From Planctomycetota bacterium (GTDB lineage: Bacteria; Planctomycetota; UBA8742; UBA2392): 64,000 nucleotides of DNA. This document shows positions 1 through 9,835 of the stretch, one piece after another. Both the position numbers and the translations under genes were made by a program. The stretch covers positions 16,184-80,183 of the forward strand of contig JADZFR010000007.1 in assembly GCA_020849795.1 (NCBI GenBank). Reading direction: 5' to 3'. The notes under the pieces were generated by a model that had not been told where the DNA came from, made no database searches, and saw only the letters and a program-made list of their open reading frames with translations. Numbering within the stretch: the first letter of the stretch is position 1; every line of letters begins with the position of its first letter.

Positions 1-120
1 ACGCGCGCCGGATCCTGCTTGACGCGCTGGAGCTTTACAGCACCAGCATCCGGCCTTCATTGCCCTGAGAGTCCTACCTTGGCCGAATGACGTGTGCGCA
101 TCCCGGTCAAAACGCCACGC

Positions 121-2316
121 TCACGCAGCGACACGCGTCAGCTTCAGCAAACGCGACACCCGGTCGATCACTACCGTCAGCAGAATGATGACGATCAGGT
201 TTGTGCTTGCGCGCTCGTAGTGGAAGTGCTCGAAGTTGAAGCTGAAGATAAAGCCCAGTCCGGCGCTGCCAATGATGCCCAGCACTACGCCGATGCGTAC
301 GTTGCTCTCGAACTGGAAAAAGCTGTATGTCATCCAGTCCCGCCAGCTCGTTGGCACCGCGGTGTACCCGAAGCATGCCACACGGCTGCCGGCAAACCCC
401 TGCTCAAACCGTCGGTACGGGATGTTATCCACTGACTCGCCGAACACGCGCGTCAACAACCCCATGGTGTGCACGGCAATCGCGAACGCTCCGGCCACCA
501 CCCCCATGCCGAAAAACGCCATGAAGAACATCGCCCACATCACCTCAGGAATCGCACGCGAAGTCACAGCCACTACGCGCGAGAGCACCGCCTGCAGCCA
601 GCGCAGCAACGTCTGCCACAGCGCCGGCGTCTCGCCCGTAAACCTGTGCGACTCAAGCTGGAACGCGACCGAGTGCGGATAGCACAACAGCATCGCGCCC
701 AGCACCCCAAGCAGCGTGCCGACAATGGCCATCGCCACCGGAACCGTGGCGCTCTTCACGGCGACTTGCAGTGGGCCGGGCTCAATCTTTGTGCCCTCAT
801 ACCGCAACGTCGTAAACGCCAGGGTCGTGCGCTTGCGCCAGGCAAACACTTGCTTGTCTTTCCGCGCCTCGCCCCAGGACTCCCATTCGATTGCGCCTAT
901 GTCGGCGCGACCGTCGGCAAGGGCGCGAAATGTCTCTGCGTCGCTGCCGGTTTCGATCACTTCGCTGAACAACTCCGTGACCGGTGCCCCGCCTTCCTGC
1001 TCCAGCACCTTGCGAGGAATGCGGTGGCTGGCATCCAGACTGGAAGGCCCCAGCGCCAGCCTCAGGCCCCTCACGCGCTCCAGGAAGGCCGCCCGGTCTT
1101 CGAACTTCTCAATCTCCAGGTCCTTGCGTGCTATGAAGTGGCTGCGCACGTTGCTGGACTCTGTGTCCACGGTGGTCCAGTCAAGATCGGGCTTGAGCAG
1201 GTCCTTGAAAAACGCCATGTGCTTCCAGCCGTTGGGCTCAAACAGGGCGGTCAGCCGCTGAAGCTGCGGTTCCTGAACGGTCAAGGGGTGCGGCTGCATC
1301 TGGTACCACGCAGACCACGCCACGGCGCTGAATGCAAACCCTACGCCGATCCACTTGCGCGTGACCTGTGCCCGGAACGACTGGTTGCGCACGGCGCGCG
1401 GGTGATTGGGGTCGGTGCGAAGCTGGCGCCGTATGAAGTTCGCCGCAAGATCGGCAAGCAGCGTCAACGCCAGCGTGAACAACACCATGGTTGCCACGCG
1501 GTCATACTCGCCATAATCCAGCCGCAGCTTGATCTCGGCGCCTACCCCACCGCCGCCCACTGCGCCAATGACCGCCGCGTTGCGAATCGCGCACTCGCTG
1601 CGCATCAGCGTGTAACTCAGCATGCTGCGCTGCGTCAGAGGCCGTATGCCATACAGGAAGACACGAAACCGCCCGGCGCCGGTGGCCCGCACGTTTTCGT
1701 AGAGCCTGGGGTCTGCACTGTCCCATATCTCGCTGTAGATTTTCCCGAGGATGCCGGTCGTGCTGATGGCCAGGGCCAACATGCCGGTCATTGGGCCGAT
1801 GCCCAGCAGCGGCACCAGCAGCACCGCCCACGCGAAGTCAGGCACCGCGCGCAACACATCCAGCACAAGGCGGCACGCGGCGCACACCAGCGCGGCTGGC
1901 CTGCGCAACGGAAACCAGCGTATCCAGCGCGGGCCGCGCTCTTCGCCCACCGACACGCTGCGCGCAGCCCCCAACGCCAGCAGGTATCCGCATACGATAC
2001 CGATGGCCACCGCAAGCAGCGCCGCAGACAAAGTCTGCCACGTCAGTTCCCACCCGCGACTCAAGAACTCGCTGCTGAAGTCCGGTCGCGAGAACGACGC
2101 GAGAAAGTCGCCCAGGCGGTGAATCGCGGCGTCGAAACGTTCGGGATCGGTGAAGCTCGAGAAGTCCCAAACGTCGCCGTCGAAGTCGAGTGGATTGAAC
2201 TCGTTCGGGTCGACGGCGAAGAAAGCCAGATACAGCGCAATCAGGATGGCGCCAATCGCCATGAAGTGCCAGATCGGCCGGCGCTTGGCGTACTTGGTCA
2301 GGACCGGCGAAGTCAT
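121..2316 (-). CDS. phnE: Phosphonate ABC transporter permease, fused tandem PhnE-PhnE (731 aa)
   Basis: Two consecutive PhnE-like permease halves in one ORF (EAA-loop-like regions, multi-TM). Start overlaps the phnC stop by 4 nt (translational coupling). Confidence 0.8.
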   Translation of the reverse strand: MTSPVLTKYAKRRPIWHFMAIGAILIALYLAFFAVDPNEFNPLDFDGDVWDFSSFTDPERFDAAIHRLGDFLASFSRPDFSSEFLSRGWELTWQTLSAALLAVAIGIVCGYLLALGAARSVSVGEERGPRWIRWFPLRRPAALVCAACRLVLDVLRAVPDFAWAVLLVPLLGIGPMTGMLALAISTTGILGKIYSEIWDSADPRLYENVRATGAGRFRVFLYGIRPLTQRSMLSYTLMRSECAIRNAAVIGAVGGGGVGAEIKLRLDYGEYDRVATMVLFTLALTLLADLAANFIRRQLRTDPNHPRAVRNQSFRAQVTRKWIGVGFAFSAVAWSAWYQMQPHPLTVQEPQLQRLTALFEPNGWKHMAFFKDLLKPDLDWTTVDTESSNVRSHFIARKDLEIEKFEDRAAFLERVRGLRLALGPSSLDASHRIPRKVLEQEGGAPVTELFSEVIETGSDAETFRALADGRADIGAIEWESWGEARKDKQVFAWRKRTTLAFTTLRYEGTKIEPGPLQVAVKSATVPVAMAIVGTLLGVLGAMLLCYPHSVAFQLESHRFTGETPALWQTLLRWLQAVLSRVVAVTSRAIPEVMWAMFFMAFFGMGVVAGAFAIAVHTMGLLTRVFGESVDNIPYRRFEQGFAGSRVACFGYTAVPTSWRDWMTYSFFQFESNVRIGVVLGIIGSAGLGFIFSFNFEHFHYERASTNLIVIILLTVVIDRVSRLLKLTRVAA

Positions 2317-3134
2317 CCCGTCCGCTCCAGCGCCACATCGTCCAGGTGCAGCGCGCGGTACTCGGCGCCGTACAGTTCTTTCAGTTTCTCGCGCGTCAAT
2401 CCGCCCGGCGGCCCGTCGTAGAACGCGGCTCCTTCGCGCAGCGCAATCACGCGCTCAAAATTGTCACGTAGCAAATCAAGCGAATGCAGGTTCACCATCA
2501 GCGTGGCCTTGGCGTCCTGGGCGTACTTGTTCAGCAACGCGATCACTTCCTGGCCCAGGCGCATGTCCAGCTGGCTGACAGGCTCGTCCGCAAGCACTAC
2601 GCGCGGGCGTTGCACCAGCAGGCGCGCGATGGCCACGCGTTGCTGCTGGCCGCCTGAAAGCTCGCCCGGCAGTGCCCATAACTTGTCTTCAATTTCAACT
2701 TCGCGCAGGGCGGCGCGCGCGCGCTGCAACTGCTGCGGCCAGAACAGGCTCAGCAGCGCCTGCCCTGCCCACCAGTGGCCAAGCCGGCCCATCAACACGT
2801 TGTGGACCACGCGCAAGTGCGGCACCAGGTTGTCATTCTGGTACATGACACCGATCTCGCGACGCAAACGCCGCAGCTTGGCACCACGAAGGCGCCGCGT
2901 GTCCTGGCCCAGCGACGTCACCTGGCCCGCGGTTGGAATCAGGAATGCCGACAACAGCCGGAACAGCGTGGTCTTGCCGGCCCCGGAGGGCCCGATCACC
3001 GCTATGCGTTCGCCGGGGGCGATGGCCAGGTTCAAGTCGGTCAGCACCTCCGCGCGGCCGAAGCTGCGCGAAACGCCGGTGAGAACGAAGTCGCCGGTCT
3101 GCTGGGTCATCGGTGATGTCGTTTGTGCGTTCAT
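2313..3134 (-). CDS. phnC: Phosphonate ABC transporter ATP-binding protein
   Basis: Walker A GPSGAGKTTL, ABC signature LSGGQQQRVAIARLL, Walker B VLADEP. Sits between phnD and phnE. Confidence 0.85.
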   Translation of the reverse strand: MNAQTTSPMTQQTGDFVLTGVSRSFGRAEVLTDLNLAIAPGERIAVIGPSGAGKTTLFRLLSAFLIPTAGQVTSLGQDTRRLRGAKLRRLRREIGVMYQNDNLVPHLRVVHNVLMGRLGHWWAGQALLSLFWPQQLQRARAALREVEIEDKLWALPGELSGGQQQRVAIARLLVQRPRVVLADEPVSQLDMRLGQEVIALLNKYAQDAKATLMVNLHSLDLLRDNFERVIALREGAAFYDGPPGGLTREKLKELYGAEYRALHLDDVALERTG

Positions 3135-3188
3135 CGTGAAAACGGGGGCGCGGGTCTTCCGCGCCCCCCGAGAAGGTCATGCAACTGC

Positions 3189-4139
3189 TTACCCGCCTAC
3201 ATCTACGCCGGCGTCCAGGATCTTCCTGATACCGCTCCAGTCTTCTCTCTTGCACTCGACCATCTTGCTGTCCTTGGCGCCCCAGGACGCGAGAATCTTG
3301 TTCTGCGTCTCGTCCTTGGCGTCCAGTGCCAGCAGCGCGTCCTTGAGCTTCTTGATCAAGTCCTCACCGATGCTGTTGCGCGCCATGAACACGTAGTCAA
3401 CGTATGCCGGCGTCGTGTAGATCAACTCGCACTTTTCCTTGGCCTTGGCCAGGTCGTCCTTGGCGTTGTCCCAGTTCTTGTAGTTGATCGCGCCAACGTC
3501 CGCCGTACCGTCCGCCACGTTGCGCAGCGTCGCGTCGTGGTTGCCGCTGTAGGCCACCTTCTTGAACACGTCTTCCGGCTTTTCGCCTGCCTGCTCCTGG
3601 AAGAAGTGGCGCGGCATCACATGGCCGCTGGTGCTGCTCTTGCTGCCGAAGGTGAAGTTCCATTCACTGGCGGCCTCATTCTCCGACAATTCCAGCAGGC
3701 TCTTGATCTGGCCGATCTTGGCATTCTTGTTTGCAATGAAGTACGACTTGTACTTCAGGTCGGACTCACGACACGCAAGGTACGCGCACTTGCCGTCCAT
3801 CTTCTGGTCGGCTTGCACAGCCGTCACGCCGCCGAACCACACCACCTCAAGCTGGTCGGTGGCGAGCCCTGTAACGCACGCCGCGTAGTTCTGCTGGGCC
3901 ATGAACTTGACCGGCAGGCCCACCTTCTTGGTGAGGTACTCTGAAAGCAGATTGCACTTTTCCTCGATGGCCTTGGCGTCGGCGTCAGGAATCGCACTGA
4001 TGCGGATTTCCTTGATCTCGGCTGCCTGTACAGGCGTCATGCGTGCCTGCGGCACAGGCGCGCTGGCGGTACTGACACCGGACCACAGCAGCAGACCGAT
4101 CGTCACCGCCATCATCTTCATAGTCATCAACTTGCTCAT
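3189..4139 (-). CDS. phnD: Phosphonate ABC transporter substrate-binding protein
   Basis: Signal peptide followed by a PhnD-like periplasmic binding fold. First gene of phnDCE. Confidence 0.8.
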   Translation of the reverse strand: MSKLMTMKMMAVTIGLLLWSGVSTASAPVPQARMTPVQAAEIKEIRISAIPDADAKAIEEKCNLLSEYLTKKVGLPVKFMAQQNYAACVTGLATDQLEVVWFGGVTAVQADQKMDGKCAYLACRESDLKYKSYFIANKNAKIGQIKSLLELSENEAASEWNFTFGSKSSTSGHVMPRHFFQEQAGEKPEDVFKKVAYSGNHDATLRNVADGTADVGAINYKNWDNAKDDLAKAKEKCELIYTTPAYVDYVFMARNSIGEDLIKKLKDALLALDAKDETQNKILASWGAKDSKMVECKREDWSGIRKILDAGVDVGG

Positions 4140-4513
4140 CTATCTCTCCTCTCAATAGACCACGCGTCACGTGGAAACTCTGACCCCAATGGCTAAGCCG
4201 GTACACAAGACCGGGTTGAATTTGTCGGGAATGTGTCGGCGCAGGCACGGAACAACGGGCGCACCACCGACCGGTAGCGAAACTAGCGTACTCAGGAAAA
4301 GCCGCTGCCCACGGGCAGGCGCCGAACGGCTCACGTAAACCCGCGCGGGGCAGGCACTTGCAGTGAATGCATATCGTGAGCGTGAGTCAGCACAGTGGGC
4401 ATATCCTAGCGTAAGTGTCAGCATCAACAAGTGGAATCGACCCGCATTGTGTTACGCACAAAGCCGCCTGTGCGGGCCGGAAAAGCACAGCATGAAGAGC
4501 CCCAGAACTGAGA

Positions 4514-4537
4514 CTGGGCGCCCGTCTGGGCGCCCAG
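4514..4537 (-). terminator. Possible hairpin downstream of atpA (CTGGGCG-N10-CGCCCAG)
   Basis: 7-bp GC inverted repeat lying 30-55 nt after the atpA stop. U-tract is weak. Confidence 0.25.
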
Positions 4538-4568
4538 CACACTGAAACGTCATGTCCTGTCGCCCGCG

Positions 4569-6272
4569 TCAGGCGCTTGCGCCGACCGGCTGCTGCCTGG
4601 CCTGCTTGAGCTGGTCGTTCACGACCTTGGCGGCTTCCTTGAACGTGGCTGCGATTTCGTCGGTGAGTTCTTTCTTCACCCGCAGCGCTTCCATTTGCGG
4701 GGCCTTGTTCGTGTTCAGGTACTCGGTGTAAGCCGCCTCGAACTTCTTGACGTCTTCAATGGCCACTTCGTCCAGCATGCCGTTGGTCGCGGCCCAGATC
4801 GTTGCCACCTGGTTCTCGACCGGTACTGGCTGGTAGATGCCCTGCTTCAGCACTTCGACCAGGCGCTGGCCGCGTGCAAGCTGCTGCTGGGTGGCCTTGT
4901 CGAGGTCGCTGCCGAACTGGGCAAACGCTTCCAACTCACGGAACTGGGCAAGGTCGAGGCGCAAGCGGCCGGCAACCTTCTTCATCGCCTTGATTTGCGC
5001 GTTGCCGCCGACTCGCGACACCGAGATGCCCACGTCGATGGCCGGGCGCACGTTGGCGTAAAAGAACTCGGGCGTCAGGTAGATCTGCCCGTCAGTAATG
5101 CTGATCACGTTGGTCGGGATGTATGCCGACACGTCGCCGGCCTGCGTTTCGATCACGGGCAGCGCGGTCATGCTGCCGCCGGTCTGCGGGTGCATGCGCA
5201 ACTCATGGCCATCGCCTGCGGCCTTCAGGGCGTGCTCGGCTTCTTCCCACTCTTCGGGCGTGCGGTTTCCGTAGCGTTTGCCGTCGATGCCGCTGGTGGT
5301 GTCCCAGGGCGCGTCCTTCTTCACGACGATGAACTCTTCCTTCAGCTTGGCGGCGCGTTCCAGCAGGCGGCTGTGACAGTAGAAAATGTCGCCGGGGAAC
5401 GCCTCGCGGCCCGGCGGGCGACGCAGCAACAGCGACATCTGGCGGTAAGCAACGGCTTGCTTGGACAAGTCGTCGTAGATGCACAGGGTGTCGCGAATCT
5501 TCTGCGGCTTGTCGTCGGCGTACATGAAGTACTCGGCGAGTGCCGCGCCGGCGTAGGGTGCCAGGTATTGCAGCGGCGCCGGGTCCTGCGCGTTGGCCGA
5601 CACGACAATCGTGTAGTCCATCGCGTTGTACTTCTCCAGCGTGGCAACCACCTGGCGCACGGTGCTGGCCTTCTGGCCGATGGCGACGTACACACAGATT
5701 ACGCCCTTGCCCTTCTGGTTGATGATGGTGTCTACGGCAACGGCGGTCTTGCCCACTTCGCGGTCACCAATGATCAGCTCGCGCTGGCCGCGTCCGACCG
5801 GGATCATCGCGTCGATCGCCTTGATGCCCGTCTGCAGCGGCACCTTCACGGGCTGCCGGGACTCAATGCCGGGTGCCTTGAATTCAATCAGGCGCTGCGA
5901 TGCAGCCTCAATCGGCCCCTTGCCGTCGATCGGCTGGCCCAGCGGGTTCACGACGCGGCCCAGGAAGCCCTGGCCGCAGGGTACGCTCAGGATCTTGCCG
6001 GTGCGCTTGACCTGCTGGCCCTCGCCGATCGTCAAGAAGTCGCCCATGATCACGATGCCGACCGAGTCTTCCTCGAGGTTGAACGCCAGACCGAATGCGC
6101 CGTTCTCGAACTGGACCATCTCGTTGGCCTGCACGTTCTCAAGGCCGTAAGCGCGGCAAATGCCGTCACCGACCTCAAGCACGGTGCCGACTTCTTCCAT
6201 GCCGATTTCTTCGCCGAAAGCCTCAATCTGCTTGCGGATGACTGACGTGATTTCGTCTGAGCGCAGTTCCAT
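4569..6272 (-). CDS. atpA: F0F1 ATP synthase subunit alpha
   Basis: Full-length alpha: GDRQTGKT-like P-loop ([15 protein letters not shown]), conserved [30 protein letters not shown]. Carries a ~45-aa insertion relative to E. coli. Confidence 0.95.
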   Translation of the reverse strand: MELRSDEITSVIRKQIEAFGEEIGMEEVGTVLEVGDGICRAYGLENVQANEMVQFENGAFGLAFNLEEDSVGIVIMGDFLTIGEGQQVKRTGKILSVPCGQGFLGRVVNPLGQPIDGKGPIEAASQRLIEFKAPGIESRQPVKVPLQTGIKAIDAMIPVGRGQRELIIGDREVGKTAVAVDTIINQKGKGVICVYVAIGQKASTVRQVVATLEKYNAMDYTIVVSANAQDPAPLQYLAPYAGAALAEYFMYADDKPQKIRDTLCIYDDLSKQAVAYRQMSLLLRRPPGREAFPGDIFYCHSRLLERAAKLKEEFIVVKKDAPWDTTSGIDGKRYGNRTPEEWEEAEHALKAAGDGHELRMHPQTGGSMTALPVIETQAGDVSAYIPTNVISITDGQIYLTPEFFYANVRPAIDVGISVSRVGGNAQIKAMKKVAGRLRLDLAQFRELEAFAQFGSDLDKATQQQLARGQRLVEVLKQGIYQPVPVENQVATIWAATNGMLDEVAIEDVKKFEAAYTEYLNTNKAPQMEALRVKKELTDEIAATFKEAAKVVNDQLKQARQQPVGASA

Positions 6273-6319
6273 GGTTTTCTACCTGTGCGTTTCTGTGTGT
6301 GTTTCCTGATCGTTGCCTG

Positions 6320-6766
6320 TTAGCTTCCGCCGGCTGCCACATAGGCCTTCTTGGCCTCTGCGAACTCCGGAACTTCTTCGTAACGCTTCTTGTCTTCAAT
6401 GGTCAGCTTGCCGCCCTCTTTCTTCCACTCCGTGAACAGCACGTTCATTTCGCGGCGATGCCGCAGCAAGCCAAGGTCCTGGCCGTTCTTTTCGTGCTCA
6501 ATGCCGATGCGCAGCGTGGTATAGCACAGCGCTCCCGCCTTGGCGTAAGACTCTGCGTTCAAGTCCTTGACCATCGACTGCACTGCCTTTTCCGCTTTCT
6601 GGTACGAGTTCTCGTACTGCGCCGCGAGGCTGGGCCCCTTCTTGGGCGCCAGCGGCGCGTTCGTCGGGTTCGACTTCGTCGCGTTGGTCTTGTCGGGGGG
6701 TGGCAGTGCGCCGCCGCCGCAACCGGCCAAAGCCAGCAACAGGACCATCAGCAGCGCGTACTTCAT
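6320..6766 (-). CDS. Hypothetical lipoprotein embedded in the atp operon
   Basis: Signal peptide plus lipobox LAGC. Lys/Glu-rich 148 aa. Short gaps to both atpH (21 nt) and atpA (47 nt). Confidence 0.6.
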   Translation of the reverse strand: MKYALLMVLLLALAGCGGGALPPPDKTNATKSNPTNAPLAPKKGPSLAAQYENSYQKAEKAVQSMVKDLNAESYAKAGALCYTTLRIGIEHEKNGQDLGLLRHRREMNVLFTEWKKEGGKLTIEDKKRYEEVPEFAEAKKAYVAAGGS

Positions 6767-6787
6767 CCGCCCTCTCCTTACGTCTGC

Positions 6788-7330
6788 CTATGCCATCGAC
6801 TGCGCAAGGTGAATCAACTTCGTGCGCAGCGTGTTGTCGATCGAACGGTCACCCAGCCGCACCTTGGCGCCACCCAGCAACTCGGGCTTATGCTCGTAGT
6901 GCATGACCACTTCCTTCCCGCCTGACACCACCGAAAGCTGCTGCTTCATCGCTTCAATTTCAGACTGCTCAAACGGGCTGCCGGCTTCAACCCACGCGTG
7001 CACGCGGTTTTCTGCCTGGTCGCGGTACACATGGAACGAAGCGCAGATGTTGTCGAACTGAGGCTCGCGCCCCTTGGCAATCAGGATCTTCACGAAGTTG
7101 AGCACTTCCTGGGGTACCTTTCCCAGCAGCGCCGCCTCCATGCCCCTGATCTTGGCCGCCCGGGGGACGCGCGGGCTGGTGAAGAAGTCGCGGAACGTTT
7201 TGTCGTTCCAGGCCTCCATCAGCACCGCGATGCCCTTCTGCACGTCGCCGACGATGCCCTTGTCGCGGGCCGTTTCGTACAGCGCGACGGCGTATACGCG
7301 TGCTACGGGATCGGATTGGTTGGTCGCCAT
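6788..7330 (-). CDS. atpH: F0F1 ATP synthase subunit delta (OSCP)
   Basis: OSCP-like helical N-domain, ~180 aa, in the position between b and alpha. Confidence 0.85.
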   Translation of the reverse strand: MATNQSDPVARVYAVALYETARDKGIVGDVQKGIAVLMEAWNDKTFRDFFTSPRVPRAAKIRGMEAALLGKVPQEVLNFVKILIAKGREPQFDNICASFHVYRDQAENRVHAWVEAGSPFEQSEIEAMKQQLSVVSGGKEVVMHYEHKPELLGGAKVRLGDRSIDNTLRTKLIHLAQSMA

Positions 7331-7426
7331 AGTTCAGCTTGCTGTCTTGAGCGTGCGGCCAGCAGCCATTCGAAACTTTCTGGGGCAGTTCCTGCAAGCT
7401 GCTGGCTGCAGGCTGCCCTTTGACGC

Positions 7427-8002
7427 CTAATTCTTCATCAATGTAGAGGCTTCGATCGCTTCTTTGGCCAGGCGGCGGTGGTCGTCGCCGGTCAATGAGC
7501 GAGCAAGCACGCTGCTTCCTGCCAGCAATGCCAGTTCAATCGAGGCATCGCGCAGCTCGGCTTCAGCTTTGCGGCGCATCTGTTCAAGTTCTTTCTGCGC
7601 GCGGTCGCGGGTTTCGCGGCCCGCGGCTTCGGCATCAGCGGTGATCTTGGCTGCCGTCTCGCGTGCCGCCACAATCGCGTCGTCGGTGATCTTCTTGGCG
7701 TCGGCGTGGGCGTTGCGCATCATCTGTTCGTGGTTCTTGAGCAGCACTTCGGCTTCGGCGCGCACCTGGTCTGCCTTGTCCAGCGCGTCCTTGATGCTGG
7801 CCTGTCGCGTGCCGAGCTGCTTGAGCATTATCGGGATGACCTTCACGCCCAGCACCAGGAAGATGATGCCGAACGTGACGTACTCCCAGAACATCAGGTT
7901 GGCGGAAAAGTGCAGCACTTCATGCTGCGAAGGCTCGCCGCCGGCGGCAGCCAGCGGGGCGCAGCACAATGGCGCAAGCAACAACAGGTCGCGAATTCGC
8001 AT
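7427..8002 (-). CDS. atpF: F0F1 ATP synthase subunit b
   Basis: N-terminal TM followed by a long Ala/Glu/Arg-rich coiled coil. Start taken at the internal ATG (MRIRDLLLL) preceded by GGAAGG; the ORF extends to 8050. Confidence 0.8.
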   Translation of the reverse strand: MRIRDLLLLAPLCCAPLAAAGGEPSQHEVLHFSANLMFWEYVTFGIIFLVLGVKVIPIMLKQLGTRQASIKDALDKADQVRAEAEVLLKNHEQMMRNAHADAKKITDDAIVAARETAAKITADAEAAGRETRDRAQKELEQMRRKAEAELRDASIELALLAGSSVLARSLTGDDHRRLAKEAIEASTLMKN

Positions 8003-8061
8003 GTGTGTTCCTTCCAGTCGTTGCCATGGGGGCGGCAGAGCCGCCCCCATGACGTACGAGA

Positions 8062-8355
8062 CTAGCTCTTGACGCCCTTGAGAATCTCAACGAAGTCCGC
8101 CGCGGCGGGAATCTTGCCGCCCGCGAAAATCATTGCCAGCAGGCATACTACGATCGCGAACAGCGCCGCACCTTCCACGAACGCCGCCGTCACAATCGTC
8201 AAGCCACGGATGTCGCCCGTGCTGTCAGGCTGGCGGGCAATGCCCTCCATCGCCTGGCCCGCAAGGCGGCCAATACCGATACCTGCACCAATTGCGGCCA
8301 GACCGGCACCAATGCCGGCTGCGCCGAATGCCCATCCAAATCCACCAAAGTCCAT
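8062..8355 (-). CDS. atpE: F0F1 ATP synthase subunit c
   Basis: Two TM helices, Gly-rich helix 1, conserved acidic residue in helix 2 (FVEGAALFAIV). Confidence 0.9.
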   Translation of the reverse strand: MDFGGFGWAFGAAGIGAGLAAIGAGIGIGRLAGQAMEGIARQPDSTGDIRGLTIVTAAFVEGAALFAIVVCLLAMIFAGGKIPAAADFVEILKGVKS

Positions 8356-8452
8356 GTTCTGCTCCTGTACTCGTTGTCGGTTTCCCTGTCCTCCGCCGTG
8401 GGCGCCTTCCCGGCCGGCGCCCCGCGCGGGTCACAACCCGCGCGCACGCGGA

Positions 8453-9400
8453 TCAATGTTCCGGTACCAGGTACAAGCCGAGGAAAATCGCCGAGAGGTA
8501 AGTGAAAATGTAGGCCTGCAATATGCCCACGAATATCTCGAGCGCATACAGGCAGACGCCCATGAACACGGTCGGTATGCCGGTCGCAATACGCCACGCT
8601 TCCGCATCGTGCGGGATCAGCAGGTTGATAAACAGGAACGAAAGCAACGAGCAGTGGCCCGCCGTCATGTTCGCGAACAGACGCACTGCCAGTGCAAACG
8701 GCTTGATGAAAATGAAACCGGCGAACTCAATCCCGAACAGCAGCATCCAGACCATCAGGTCCATGGGCTTCCATGAGAACTTGTAGGGGACCAGGTTCTT
8801 GAAGAAGCCGAAAATCCCGGCGCCGACACTGCCTTCCTGGCGGATGCTCATGACAAACGCACCCACGCCGTAGACCGTAAGAGTAAGCAGTGCCAGCGAG
8901 ATCGTCACAAAGATGCTGCTGGTGGGTGTGGTGCTGCCCGGGATCAGGCCCATCAGGTTCATCAATGCAATGAAGCAGAACAGGCACACAAAGAACGGCA
9001 CGAACTTGTCTGCCAGCCAATGCGGAGGCAGCTCAGCGTGCTTATGGTCGCCATGATCGTGGCTGTGGCCGTGATCGTGGTGTGCATGCGGGTTGTGGAT
9101 GCTGGGCCGCACTACCTGGTCGCGGATGAACAGCACAATCGGTTCAAGGAAGTTGCGCAGGCCCTTGGGCACGCGCGTGTTGCGGGCGAACGTGGCGTAG
9201 CTGAAGCCGGCCAGCATGATTGCACCCGCAATCCACATCATGATCACGTGCTGCGTGATGTGCATGAACTCGGGCATGACGCCGTTCCAGCCCTTGATGA
9301 AGCCTTCGCCGTGCGCGCCCCAATACGTCACCCAGGCCGTGTAACGGTCGTACAGGTGCTCTACCGGGTTGAAGCCGTCTGATCCTGCCGCAAGAAACAC
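8453..9400 (-). CDS. atpB: F0F1 ATP synthase subunit a, with a His-rich loop insertion
   Basis: Conserved LAVRLFANMTAGH motif, multi-TM. Insertion HNPHAHHDHGHSHDHGDHKH at aa ~100-127. Confidence 0.9.
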   Translation of the reverse strand: MFLAAGSDGFNPVEHLYDRYTAWVTYWGAHGEGFIKGWNGVMPEFMHITQHVIMMWIAGAIMLAGFSYATFARNTRVPKGLRNFLEPIVLFIRDQVVRPSIHNPHAHHDHGHSHDHGDHKHAELPPHWLADKFVPFFVCLFCFIALMNLMGLIPGSTTPTSSIFVTISLALLTLTVYGVGAFVMSIRQEGSVGAGIFGFFKNLVPYKFSWKPMDLMVWMLLFGIEFAGFIFIKPFALAVRLFANMTAGHCSLLSFLFINLLIPHDAEAWRIATGIPTVFMGVCLYALEIFVGILQAYIFTYLSAIFLGLYLVPEH

Positions 9401-9436
9401 TGTGCTTCCTCCTGAGCAGCCTTCTGAGCAGCCTGA

Positions 9437-9835
9437 CTAAGCAGCCTGCGCGCCCGTTGCCGCCGGACGCGGGCCCCGCCCATATCGATACACCTGCAAC
9501 ACCAGCGACAACAGCACGCCCGCAAAGAACGCCAGGGCAAACGTCACCGGGCTGCCGATGCCTGTAAACGCCAGCAACAAAAAGCCGACCGCGAGCGCCA
9601 CCATGCGCAGCAGAAACCCGCCAAGCACATGCCCCAGCGCAGCCGCCTTGCGCGGGTCGCGAAAAGCCGCCCGCGTTGTGAACTCGTTGAACAGCATCAG
9701 CAGCATGGCCACGCCAAAACCAATGCCGGCCCCGTACACCATGCCGCAGTCAAACTCGGCCACCGCAAGCAACGCCACCACCGCGCCGGTGACTACCAGC
9801 GCGAAAGCGGCCATTGCATAGGGTTGCCAGCTCAT
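9437..9835 (-). CDS. atpI: ATP synthase protein I-like small membrane protein
   Basis: Four predicted TM segments, immediately upstream of atpB. Start taken at the internal ATG (MSWQPY); the ORF extends to 9970. Confidence 0.55.
   Translation of the reverse strand: MSWQPYAMAAFALVVTGAVVALLAVAEFDCGMVYGAGIGFGVAMLLMLFNEFTTRAAFRDPRKAAALGHVLGGFLLRMVALAVGFLLLAFTGIGSPVTFALAFFAGVLLSLVLQVYRYGRGPRPAATGAQAA

Noticed and set aside
469-2421. Long ORFs on the strand opposite to confirmed genes. Examples: 469..2421+, 4695..6245+, 10046..11560+, 15130..16287-, 20833..21948+, 31388..33190+, 37065..38153-, 41690..43201-, 44617..46164-, 57310..57945-, 58978..60261-, 61861..63618-.
   Set aside because: Shadow ORFs typical of high-GC DNA. 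Their translations are Arg/Ala/Pro-rich with no motifs, and each is fully covered by a gene with clear homology on the other strand.
4140-4568. Pho-box or other regulatory site upstream of phnD (e.g. inverted repeat CCACG-CGTCA-CGTGG).
   Set aside because: No convincing match to the PhoB CTGTCAT direct-repeat consensus. The palindrome is short and GC-rich.
4569-6272. ~45-aa insertion in AtpA ([45 protein letters not shown]) as a possible intein or mobile insertion.
   Set aside because: Too short for an intein and no Cys/Ser...His-Asn splice junctions. It sits in a known variable surface loop of the alpha subunit.
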